Source: Ancylonema sp. (lineage: Eukaryota). Taken from it: DNA of 64,000 nucleotides. The notes below the pieces were generated by a model that had not been told where the DNA came from, did no database searches, and saw only the letters and a program-made list of their open reading frames with translations. This document shows, one piece after another, positions 52,310-64,000 of the stretch. The stretch's first letter is position 1. Each line of letters begins with the position of its first letter. Made by a program: the position numbers and the translations under genes. The stretch lies in the NCBI GenBank assembly GCA_050230475.1, contig JBFLGF010000128.1, forward strand, positions 1 to 64,000, written 5' to 3'.

Positions 52310-54070
52310 ATGGCGCGCAAGAAGCAGTTTGCGCATCCTCCTGGCTCCAACCGTCAAGGACTTCGGAGTCAGCATACTACACCGACAGCAACAAAGGACG
52401 AGTGCGTCTTCAATGACGACGACGTCACTGTGGTTCCCACCGTCGATCCTACACCACTCCCTCCGGTGGATCCTTCAGCACCTGATCACATGGAGTTGAC
52501 CATTCCAGCACCCTTGGTCACCACCATTGCTGCACCCCTGTCACCACCTCCTGGCGCGGGACCCAACTTCATTACCCCGGTGTCATCTCTAGCACCTCGT
52601 TTCTCACCCTTGACTTCACCTATCTCGGAGTACAATGGACCACCTCGCTCTACCCTTAGTCGAGAGTTCGATTCATACTTTCGAGACACTCCCTAGAAAC
52701 CACGTTCATCGACAGGTAAACATTGCACGGCAAATCGTACCACCTCAGTGAAACACGGATATTCACCACAGACTTTGAGTGCAGGTCGTTCTCTTCGCTC
52801 ACCCGTGTTCCCGACATCACCATTGCATGCGGCGATAGCATCCTCACAACCAAAGGGTAAGTAATCATCCAAATGCATTCCTTTGCAATAAACCATCGAT
52901 GACACGATAATGGCACCATTTGCAGAAATTGCTGCACCTCCCACTGCATCGATGCAACCACCTTCGCCACCCGTTACCACCACACCATCGACAGTCGGAG
53001 GTACACATTTACCACCCGTCGATGAATCGCAAACAAGGCCAGCACCAATGTACATGTACTTATCTGCTAATGTCGAGGCAAATTCGGTACCCCGCGACAC
53101 GGTGCGATCGAAATTTGAGGAGGGACCATTACAAGCACCCTTGTCATCTCAGAACCTTGGCAAAGGACAGCAGACAAACCATCGACAAGAGCAGCTGTAA
53201 CTTGACCTGCTTAACCTCATGGCATTGGCTGACCACCTCCACATAGATCGATACGTCGACACCATGCTGCAATAGTTCAACCCAGACATCCAGCTCACCC
53301 CGATTGAGCAACTCTACATCATCCTCACCCGTCCATTTCATGAGCCTCACCACGTGACCCCGCCATCGATCGAAGCCATTCGGACTCAGGCTACCTCGGA
53401 TCGAGTGAAGAGGGAGAAAGTGGACAAAGATAAGCTCACCGCTAAACTTCGTGCTTTACTTCGGCAAGAGTGGGAAGCAGAACGGGAAGCCGATCGCATG
53501 CAAGCTGCCGAAGACACTACGGCAGTGGACGAACCAACGGTCGACAACGTGGACGCAGAGTTGCTAGCGGGCCGTCAACGCGAAATCGACAACCTGGCTG
53601 ACGATATGCAACAAGCCAACCACACCATCTTCAACCAGGGTGCAGCATTGCGGGCAAAGGGAGATGCCATCGCAGTCTACCAAGCGGAGAAGAAGAAGGG
53701 CAAAGAAAAATCGGACCCTGTCGTGAAGCTGGAACTTTCGGACTCTGACTCCGACGACAACATGAAGAATGTTCCACCTCCGGTATACAAGCATCAAACC
53801 ACGGTCACCATCGGAGAGCGCAAACCAGTCCGGAGTCCACGCGCGGAGTTGCAGCGTCCTATACATCGACAAAGGACGACTCCCCCTCAGCCCAAACTCC
53901 ACCGACGCCCCAGCCCATTCCAGTGTACCAGACTGTTCCTCGGCGTCCCCCGCCATCGACACTCCCCACGGAACGCTTGCCAAACAATGTCCTCCCCTCC
54001 GGAAGTCTGGTCGATACATGTATGTTTCGGTCCACGAATCAGGATATCCTCCCATCGGGCAAATAAATGA
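52310..54070 (+). pseudogene. Antisense ORF inside the retroelement: Pro/Thr/Ser-rich N-half plus predicted coiled-coil region; probably two 69-nt introns
   Basis: ORFs 52190-52696, 52910-53200 and 53354-54070 share one frame. It is broken only by TAG/TAA at 52694, 53198 and 53273, and by two TAA inside a GTAAGT...TTTGCAG segment (52857-52925). Starts MARKKQFA. Confidence 0.6.
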
Positions 54071-56162
54071 GTTGCCAAGGATGATGTCGAACTCCGTCGA
54101 TGGTGACAGATGGAGGTGAAGATGCACAGTGCAAGGGTGAGCAGTGCCTTCCCCAACGGTGATGGGAATCTTCTCCTTGGTACTCCCCAAACTCGTCTCT
54201 ATCTTTCCTGACGCCGTGATATATGGTGCTCCGGGGTGCAGGTCAGCGGGTGAGAGTTAAAGGAGTTTGGTGAGGTTGGCGCCAATCATGGTTTCTTTGG
54301 CACCAGTGTCTAATACATTCTCCACGGGTTTCACATCGCCTACGAGGAGAACACCTCGTCGGCTAGGCAACATGGTGATGCCGTAATGCTTCGCCAGCCG
54401 GTTGTGGTGAGCAGGTAGACGGGCTGAAATATGAAAGAAGACGGGGTTGGTGGTACGGGCGTTTGCAGGGTCTTGCATGAAGTGCACCTGATCGGCTGCC
54501 TCCTGGAGTGCTGACTCCGTTCCCTAAACCATGGCGCGTTGTTGCATCAAAATTTCATGAAGACGATCATGGTGAATCTGAGCTTTAGCCAAGGGTAAGG
54601 GTGGTGGCACATCTGAATCATTCATGTGCTGCAGACTGGTAGTACCTGGTTCCACTTGCAAAGGAAAATGTGGTTCGAAAGAATCAGGCATTTTGGTGTT
54701 GTATCCCTGTCGTCGACCCATAGTCTTCTCCTTCTCTAGCAACGGTTTCCAACAATGTTTCAGAGTGAGGAGTGGGGTACTCCCTCGTTCTGACTGAGCA
54801 TCTTGGTAAATTGGAGTGTCTCGTTCTCTAGTGGGTGAAGGAGACCGTTCCTTAGTCTGCTGTTCTTCACCGTCACTAGGTGAGCCCTGGTTTGCCGAAT
54901 GCATAGGTGTGCTGACATCGACAACGACTCTAGCACTCTTTTTCCTTCGTGCCTTTCTCTGTCCTTCGTTGTCTACAATGGCTGCAACTCTGGGTGAGCG
55001 ACGTGGTGCCATCATATAATGAGCTGGGAGATCAGGGAAAGTACCTTGTGTGTCTCACTAGGGGTGAGATTGGTGTTTTCTTTCGCCTTGGTTTCTCAAG
55101 GTAGGCCAGAGATGAGGTGATGGGACGATGCATGTACGAAGTTGGTGGCTCACGGCTATTCCACTCGGTTATGGTTGCACCTGCACGGGGTGAAGCATCA
55201 ACATGAATGGTGAGATTTTGACTGGCTCGCTTGGCTTTCTTGCATTGTGCAACGGTGTGGTTAACCTCCCCACAGTGTGAGTAGTGAGCCCCTTGTATGT
55301 AGTCACACTCTCCGTATTGCCGTGTCCGTGGTAACTTCTTTTGATTCTCTGGTGACTGTCCGTAATTGCCACCCTTAAATGGTACCATGCCGTAGCTGAC
55401 GATGGTGAAGGGTTAGGGCGTGTCGACGAAAATGGTGAATTTGTCACCGGTTTATCTTTCCGGGGTGAGGGTTATTTTCTAGAGTAGTGTCCCTGCTGGT
55501 GACAGTTGTAACACTCAATCGGCTTGTCAGGTCGAGATCGCGGGAGATCTCCGGAAAAACTGACGTGACGCAGGGAAGTGGATGGAGTCCCTTGGTTAAG
55601 CTTGAGCGCGCCAAATGTCGACGGGAGCTGAGGTCCCACCTCTGTTGCTGCTCGATACTCAGAGCCAACTTTGGTGAGGGTGAGTTCAAACCTATCAGCT
55701 TTAAACATGAGATCCTTGACGGAGATAGGTGGTGTCGGCGTCGTCTCATATAATTTCTTCTCGGTTTCCTGGATATACCAAAATCCAAGTAGAGGCGAAA
55801 TTGAGTTTTGCAGAATTGAGTGAGTTCTCTAGGTTCAGGTCGAGGAAGAGGCGTTGGTCGAACCATAGGTGTGGCTAGGAATCTTCCTTGTGTTCTCCAA
55901 CAGTACATTACAGAGTTCTTCTCACGATGGGTGTCACGAGCTGTCATAAGGGTTACGTCACCAAGATTGTCTTTTCTAAATTTCATCCAGACATCATGTG
56001 CAATACCCATGGTGAACCTGCATACTCGATGGTGTCCCACTGAACATGCCCGTTCCGTTCGTTAGAAGTTTTGTATATAAAATACGACCACAAAGCATCC
56101 ACAAATTCTTCCTGTTTGTCACGGACCTCGCCAGAATACAAATGTACTTTTTGTTCAGACAT
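53564..56162 (-). pseudogene. Degenerate gag + aspartic protease of the retroelement
   Basis: Gag-like start MSEQKVHLYSG. Knuckle-like CYNCHQQGHYSR (~55480-55515) and YSHCGEVNHTVAQC (~55245-55285). Protease VLDTGAKETMIG (~54310) followed by ITASG and FDIILGNSF. Stops and frameshifts present. Confidence 0.82.
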
Positions 56163-59100
56163 GTCGTCGATACTATCGTCAAAAATACTTTCCGAGGTGA
56201 CAATAAAGGGTATTGTCGGAACCACAACAACGGGTGTTGTGCCTGTCATAACCTCTGCTGAAGGTCCACCTAGTTGAAGAACAGGTTCTTCGTCAAATAG
56301 AATGATTGGTAAGATTGTTTCGAGGTGACGGAGGTTGTTGTCTGACTCTGAATGTTCTAAATTCGCCAGAGTAGAATTCAAATGACTGTCGGGTGAAACC
56401 TTGATCGAACGGTTGGATTGGTCTCTTGTCCACTGCATACACTAGAATGCCAAAATCTAGTACGCCGGTGAGATAATCCATAATTTGTTTCTTTGGTTGC
56501 GGTCGATTTGAATCGACAATAACTACTATGCCAGTATTCGTATGGTATATGTCCAAAGCCAGGGTGCTGAGAATAACCAAGGGTGACAGGTCACGGGGTC
56601 GGTTTTTTTTTTTTCCTGGTTTCGTACCTGTCGAAAACTGCAGACCTCGATGCGAAGAAGCTCTTCCGCTGGCCAGTTTAGAGTAGATTGGTGTGGGTTG
56701 AATCCCTACTGACCACACAAGAATGTAATTCAAGCACGGTATGTGACTTATCAACGAAGTTTGCTATAGCTACTACTCGCCGAAAGCTGAGATGCACTCA
56801 ACGCTTAGTGGTGGGAGGTCTAGAAACAACACTAAGGTTAATCAGGCGTTGGAGGTTATCGTACTTCACAACAGGTGCAGCTACGAGTAAAGAGAACGCA
56901 AGGCAAATAGCTATAGAATTTATACAAGGGTGCAGAATGAATGATAGTTGGTTGCGACGGGATGCGCACTCACTATTGGTTTCAGGAATCAAACGTTGTC
57001 CGTGAATAAAACGATTCACTAGATCTGGAACGGGTGCAGGCAATTCAAAGGGTGAATTGTCTGACTGAGCTCGCACAAAACGGTGCAGCTAATTGTAACG
57101 ATTTCTCACGTCAGCAAAACGGCTGACAATCAACGACTTGCAAGGGTCACGATTTTGCAAGGGTAACGATAATTCTGACCACGGGAGAATTTCACACGAT
57201 GCGTATGCAAAACGGCACACGACTTTTTATACTACTTGAGATGCGACAGCACGCACAAGCAAACAGGCAATTTCGCAGAACTTACGGCTGGATGGTGCGA
57301 CGCGAAGTTTGCTGAAATTCACAGGGAATATCAAAGGCGAAACGGCACACTTGATAACGATTGTTGACGATTGCAGAATACACGAATTCACAGAGATTTC
57401 AAAGATGGCGATTGCAAAAAGTTGTTGAAATTCAGACAGCGTAAACTGAGAGCGGAAGGTGGCAGTTCAGAAAGCGACTTAGGCTTTAGTACAATCGACG
57501 CGCCGTTTCACACGCGCGGAACTAGATCTTATCTTGTCTATGGTAGAAAAACAAATATCGACTAGACAGCTAATCGTGACTGTCTATTCTAGAGTTCTAT
57601 ATTTAACACGTGCGGCGGTTCAAGCCAGGCTGGCTGACTGAGATAAAGCTCGGCGCAGTCTGGGAATCTACTCGTCGATACGAAAAAATACTCCGAATTA
57701 AAATCTAAAAAGTGGTACACCGACTTTTCTAGATTGATTGAGTATATAAAAAAAAAAAAACAAACGTCTGACTGATTGAAACTCATATAACGACAGAGTT
57801 CAATACAAAGACTAAAAATCGACAATTACCAAAATTGCTATTTTTCAAGCGGATCGACAATTAAAAAGACTTTACTTTCTAACGATCTCTAACGGCATGA
57901 CAGTATGACACCGAGCAAGTGGAGGCGCTGTCCATGGAAAACCTTTCAGGAGGCCTTGCGAGGTGGCGAGCGGCGAAAGTATTTTTTCAGATCTTCGGTA
58001 CATTCGCAATACTTTCATCCCAACTTTTAGATATTTAAATATTGAGATTTGATTTCTGGATTTCTTCGCAGCTGCAATATGAAGTATCGATGTAAGTAGA
58101 AATTGGTGGCGAAATGAGTCCGAAACATTGACAACGATGTGGTGTGGTTATCTTTTATCCTCGTGTACGCACTTTTGGCATCCAACCGCTATTTATCTGC
58201 AAGATCATTCAAAGATCATGCTATTTAACCAGCCAGCCACTCCGTACGGGGACATCAAGATCATGCATGGCCAATATCGTTGAGATTATTTGAATTACAG
58301 CATCGCACAATTCTTATTCAATGTGACGTATAAGGAGCCCTCTATTCCCTTAATCGAGTAGAGACTTTGCTATTCTTTGCACGTGTGCAAAGGGCCACAT
58401 TTTTTTTGTTTTTGTTTTGTTTATATATTTTAGTTTTCATTTTTTATTTCAAGGATTTCCTCATCACGTTGGCACCACCTAGTCGTCCAGGACAATGAAG
58501 TTTATTTAAGTAGATTATTTGGTGTTGCGGCCTGTATTGTTGCCTTGAGACACATATGATTTGGATCAGAAACACTCGAATGGCTGGAGGTAGGAGGACA
58601 CAAGTACAACGGCCAATCGTTAGATAGTGAACAATCAGATAGAATGATGGCGCAAGAAGGCTCTTCCTGGTATCACAAGAAAATTTGGAGCACAAGGACA
58701 CATGTTCAGGTGGATAGAAACCAAAAATTGATATGCAAGTGCTGACATCAGTACTTTTTGAGAAGTTGGATCACGACATGATTGTCCTCATTGAAATAAT
58801 TTCACCGACATTTGAGAACATAATGTGGGATGACCACATTTCAATCCGTCATATGTGCCAACTTTTATGTGGCATTTGAGAAGAATGGTGGACCACAACT
58901 GAATATAGACAAAGTTGTATGGGGCAATGGAGTCGAGAAAAGTTAGATATAGTGGTCCCTGGATATAACGACCCTCTTTAGAAGGACAAACTCGGTATAA
59001 CGACAATTTTTTTGAGTTTTTTTATAATCAATATGAAATCGCCCGCGCTATAAGCATAACGACACTCTATACAAAGACAAATTATTTGAGAAATTGTTAC

Positions 59101-60049
59101 TGAATGTCTTTATATTGTAACGGAGTGACGTGCGCGTTATCTCTAATAATCCACAATTGAACTAATTGTCGATTGTGCTTATAAGCGAGGTTGATTATTA
59201 TGGGTCGCCGGTCCGAGGCCAACGCCCCTAATTTGAGTATTATTAATACTGGCGCTAGCTTGCGCCAATCAATACTTGTACGAATATTGAACCGCCACTT
59301 CGACGGGTCGAAGTACCAATCCACACGTACGGTGTAACCGTGCCGGACGAACTTACATTGACGTATAGTCAGCGGTCAACGCGAGGCTAGGAGCCCGCCT
59401 CGACGAATACAACTCGGAGTTGTCAAGCGGCGTGGGCAACTGCTCTTAGTTGAGGGGTGTCACGTCCTCAACTGATATGATTCTGAGCTCGGTTCATCCG
59501 AGGACTCTCACCTTAGTATACTCACGCCGAGGTTGCGAAGCATGGACAACGAGTTGTGGAGAATAAGCTTCTGTTGGTGTAGACCTCGGACACAGCGTGA
59601 GAAAACGTTCGAGTCGTTTGTATATTCACCTTATGAAAACAACAAGTGTATTGCCCGTGGGGTGGTACCTTTCATATATTGTGTATATAATGCTATTGCT
59701 CGTAGATAACGATGTATGGAAATCGAGAAAAATCTAAAAACCTCATGAACGACACCCCAAATTCTCTACAACGTGTTCGAGTTGTTCGACATGTCATATC
59801 AAGAGAACGCCACTTCTGTCCTCCTCGGATGGTCCAGAACTAACTATTTTGTTCATCCGCATGTATTGGTATCATGACGCACTTGTATAGCTCGTACATC
59901 AACACACACGCTGCATTGAATAATCATGCCAAGGCAACTTACTCTAGGAAACACATGATAAACACATTTGCTTTTTTACTATTCTTCATTCGCGAAGTCC
60001 CTCGATACAAGGACACAAATTTCATATTCTAGTAGTAATTGTCCATGTA

Positions 60050-60116
60050 CAGTGTCCCTCGATATAAGGATATTTTTTCGGATTTTGTTTTTGGTCGTTT
60101 TATCGAGGGAGCACCG
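60050..60116. mobile_element. 67-bp pogo-like mini-MITE
   Basis: TA|CAGTGTCCCTCGATATAAGGA ... TCGTTTTATCGAGGGAGCACCG|TA: imperfect TIRs flanked by TA. Confidence 0.5.
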
Positions 60117-61874
60117 TAGGGCAGTGAAGTTGGAGGCATATTAAAGTTCGTATACCAATACTACATATATCAGGAGACTAATAGCAATTGTCGTTGAGCG
60201 AGATAACATACGACAACTCACATGTATTTTAGCTCTTGCTATCAACATGTTGGATACAACAGTACACCCATGCACATGTCTGCTCAATACCCATCTGCTA
60301 CGACAGTATGCGTACGAACTTTACTGGTGTAGAAACTCAAGGGCCCGAACTTTAACTCATAAATAGTCTAATATCTAAGAGTTTGAACTTCAAACTTTGA
60401 AGTAGCAATGTCTTTGAAGTAGTCCGCCTGTCGCCCGCTTCATGTGATTTTGGAATCTATGATCGGAAGCCGATCTGGATTTGATCCGGGTCAGGCTGGA
60501 TCCGGATCGGATCAGGGTCGGGGCCCCGCATATTCACAAACCACGAAATGAAAACAATTATATGAAACGTTGAATCCGTCTCTTCTCGTAGATAATACCT
60601 ACTACGAAGTCCGTAATGGTGAACTCTTACTCTTAAAAGAAGGTCGTCACCATCGTTGTGCCTGATCCGATTAGAGAATCTCCGATCGGGCAGTGATCCG
60701 GATCGGCTCCGGTATTGATCCGATTCGGATCGGGGCGCCGATTAATTGGTGAAACTGGATGAAAATAAAGCTTCATGTGCACCAATCGTTTCGCAAAACC
60801 CCAAATAAAGTCAGATCGGGGGTCGTCCGTAATGACCAGAATCGACAGTTTGTTCGAGATCGCGATTTACAATAAATGATATACACCACCGGTGCGTGCT
60901 GGTTCCAAAGAAGTATTGGCAGGCCTCGCCTCGTTCTTTTCATTTGTTTATAGTGGGGCCGATCCGGATCGGGGCAGGAGGGATCCGGGATTGGGATCAG
61001 GACCAACTATGGTATGTTTTGACCAAGAGATTTAGAACAACTCACCTTGAAGCAAATTCCCTAAGGATTCAATTGTCAACAATTAGAGAATTTCGGACGC
61101 AGTCCGGAAACAACCGGATCCGCTTTAGGGTTGTAAATTTGACGTAACCTCGGTCTCGACCTTAACTACAACATACATACACATGAGGTAAATATAATTG
61201 TACCGTTCACACCCCAATGGTTGTGTGTATGACGTAATATAAAGTTTGACCCCGCAATTACAACTCAATGACAACGTTAGTTGTGCCATACATTTTAGTT
61301 GCAAATATATTGTTCAACACTCAATCACAGGGGCATTTGGCTAGACACCGAAAACATATTCGAAACCTTTGATTGCCAATTTATGGTATTTAGAGAAGAG
61401 TACATGTTCCCCCCCCCCCTCTTCTAAGCTGGCTGTGAACGGCCGCAAAATTTCCGTACACATTCTGGATCCATCCGTTATGAGTTTTGATGTCAAATCA
61501 CGACCCAGATATGCCTTCAAGTGATACAAAACTAGTGAATGTGTTACAACAACAACACACAACAAGATCGATATCAATCCCACGCACGCATATGCGTGAA
61601 ACACACCCACCCCCTACCGCCTACAAGTAACAAACCACACACTCCCGAGAATCACACAAAATAGAAATTAGAGCCTCATCCGACCTACTCTTGATGTATC
61701 AAAACTCACACCCACTCTCGCTCATGTTCCGGGCTTGGCGGAAGGACGATTGGTCAACCAATTAAACCGAAGAAAAATGTAGCCCCAAATGAGAAGCTCC
61801 CCCCCTGCGCTACACGTTTGTACAAGAAGCAACAAGGGGGCCACGTCCTCCTTCCATGTATTTGTGTGTACATC

Positions 61875-63714
61875 CTAACTGCCACGTGCGGCAATGAGAG
61901 TTTCGACCACGGAAGGGTCTGCGAGCGTGCTGATATCGCCTGCACCCACAAGCCGCCCCCAAAACACAAATAGTTTGGTATTCATTTCATTCATGCGATG
62001 ACCTTCACCCCCGAGGCGGAGTTGTTCGGAGGCACTCTATGTTTACGGACAACCCCGTCATGGTGCAGTTCCTTACAAATTTTTTTTTTTTTTTTTTTTT
62101 TTTTGGTTGCGTCACTTTTGTCTCACAAAGTCAGTACTTCGCAATCGTCCATTCGTCTCAATGCGTCACCGGAAGGCGTCCAAGCAACCGATCACAAACC
62201 CGTTTCCCGCGAAGTAACGACTATCATTTAAACAAGATATCCGTACTCACAAACGAAAAGCAAACGGCTCGAAGAGTAAACTTTTGGCCATGCAAGCAGG
62301 GAAGGAGTGAGGAGTGGGCACGCACCAAGTGCATCATCTTCCCCCGCAGCAATCTTCCTCAAAATTCGCCGCATGATTTTGCCCGACCGCTGCCGCCCCA
62401 TCCCCACCACATCAGCACCCCCCCTCCCCCCTCAGGAACCTTAAGCACTTCAAAATGGCACCCTATACATGAGGGAATTGCGCCCTATGCATGAGGCAAT
62501 TGCGCCGCATCCCCCTCATTTGAACCCCCCTACTCCTCACTCCCCGTACCGTTTTGGGCACCCCTGGCGCCCAATGAATCACGTCCGGCGTGGCAAACGC
62601 GCCGATGTGGTGGCGGACGGACGACTTGAGACTGGAACGAAGGGCCTCAGAACCCTCCACTCTGCAACCAACCATCCATTCCTCTCATGACACTCTGTAC
62701 TCGATACTCAATAATTCATACCTAATACTTAATACTCAATACTTCATACCTAACACTTAATACTCAATACTTCATACCTAATCCTTTATACTCGATACTC
62801 GATACTCAATAATTCATACGTAATACTTCATACTCGATACTCAATACTCAATACTTCATACTTCATCCTTCATGCTTCATACTTGTATTAAGTAGGTCTG
62901 AAGAGTTCCGACCCCCCCTCACCCTTCCATGAGCGTGACAAAGGCGTAGATGCCTTCCCCCTTGATGCTGTGACTAAACCCAACCACGGCAGCCTGATAC
63001 CAACCCCCCCCCTCCCCCCCCCCCATCCCCCCCACACCTCCTCACTCCAGTCACACACACCCTCCCACTCGCCCCCCTCCCAGGGCCCCACCCCCGCCCA
63101 CCTCAGCGCACGCCTCATGGGTGACCAACGCACTCTCAACCTCGGCAGTGCCGATACGATGACCACTAATCCCCCACCCCTCCCCACCCCACCCCACCCC
63201 ACCACCCCCTAACCGCGCAGTTGGGTTCCCTACCATCCGGGTACCGACTTTCTAGCGCACGGCGATAGATGGGATGGGAGGGGAGGGGAGTGGGTACCTG
63301 ACGTTGATGACGTCATCCACCCGGCCTGTTAGCCAATAGAACCCGTCCTCGTCCCTCCGACATCCGTCCCCACTCATGTAGAGGCCGCGGAAGGGAGAGA
63401 AGTAGACGGACTCGAAACGACCGTGGTCTCCTGCCACCGTGCGGAAGCAGCTGGGCCAGGGGCGCTTTATGGCCAAGTAGCCGCTACAGGGACCCTGCGC
63501 ACCAAAGGACAGACCACAACATAACTCTCACAACCTCATCATCATCACTATCAACCTCACCATGACCATCATCCTCCTCATCCTCCTTATCGTCTTTTCT
63601 GTCCTCACCTCCATCTCCTTCCCCTGTTCGTCCAGCACGACGGGGTCCACCCCGAAGAAGGGCAACATGGCGCAACCGGGCTTCAGGGGAACAGCGCCGG
63701 GGAGGGGACTGATC
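61875..63714 (-). CDS. ACS: Acetyl-CoA synthetase, 3' part (continues beyond window); exons approx. 63714-63610, 63495-63298, 63165-63102, 62993-62922, 62662-62550, 62388-62326, 61938-61875
   Basis: [32 protein letters not shown]...GDHGRF...[99 protein letters not shown]. Confidence 0.96.
62700..62886. repeat. Degenerate 7-bp tandem repeat (ATACTCA/ATACTTC) in an ACS intron
   Basis: Directly visible. Confidence 0.85.
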
Positions 63715-64000
63715 TGCCAGGAGAAAAAAACAGACACTCACCTCAACCACTTACTTCTCAGATGAATACCCCCACCCCACATCCTACCAACCACAACCCC
63801 AGAGACTCGTCCCTCGATATAACGACCCCCTCCATATATCGAAGCCTCCCAGAACTGTACCCCCAGCGTCCCCCCACCCTAGATCTTACCAACCACGATA
63901 TAAACCACAATAACCCCTCCATACACCTACCCCCTCGACATAGCGACCCCTCGATAGAACGACCCCCTCGATATAAATGACCCCTCGATAGAACGACCCC

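Larger units (their letters stand above)
48338..57902 (-). mobile_element. Non-autonomous Ty3/gypsy-like LTR retroelement with permuted (split) terminal repeats
   Basis: Starts TGACGTGCC at 48338 and ends GGCATGACA at 57902, flanked by GTAT (48334-48337, 57903-57906). Repeat Y = 48338-48543 and 49769-49973; repeat X = 48543-49766 and 56679-57902. G10 polypurine tract at 49974-49983 (minus strand). Internal gag, protease and DNMT-like remnants. Confidence 0.88.

Noticed and set aside
48338..57902. Classification as a DIRS/Ngaro tyrosine-recombinase element because of the split repeats
   Set aside because: No YR or RT is visible. Aspartic protease, PPT, TG...CA ends and a TSD point to a gypsy-type origin. 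Kept only as an architectural analogy.
59340..59600. Cluster of short hairpins (e.g. AGTTGAGG...CCTCAACT) as a structured ncRNA
   Set aside because: The stems are short, and I recognise no tRNA, snRNA or snoRNA boxes. Could be chance or a TE remnant.

Overview
Eukaryotic nuclear DNA with GT-AG introns and plant-type genes. It is probably a streptophyte alga or early-diverging land plant, which is an inference from gene content. The window holds the 3' part of a decayed Ty1/copia element (1-~4100) and seven spliced host genes: a UCH37/UCHL5-type deubiquitinase, minor-spliceosome U11/U12-48K, an SCP1-like HAD phosphatase, RPL36, an SPX-domain protein, a plastid type-A DnaJ, and the 3' half of acetyl-CoA synthetase. 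It also carries many hAT-like and pogo-like MITEs and simple or tandem repeats. The most unusual object is a 9.6-kb Ty3/gypsy-like element at 48338-57902 (sense = minus strand) with TG...CA ends and a GTAT target-site duplication. Its LTRs are circularly permuted (X-internal-PPT-Y-gc-X-Y), like an integrated, re-opened two-LTR circle. I see no RT, RNase H or integrase. It does encode gag-protease, a diverged C5 DNA-methyltransferase homologue lacking the catalytic motifs, and an antisense, probably spliced ORF with a histone-H3-tail-like N-terminus. All homology calls are from motif recognition by eye, not database searches.
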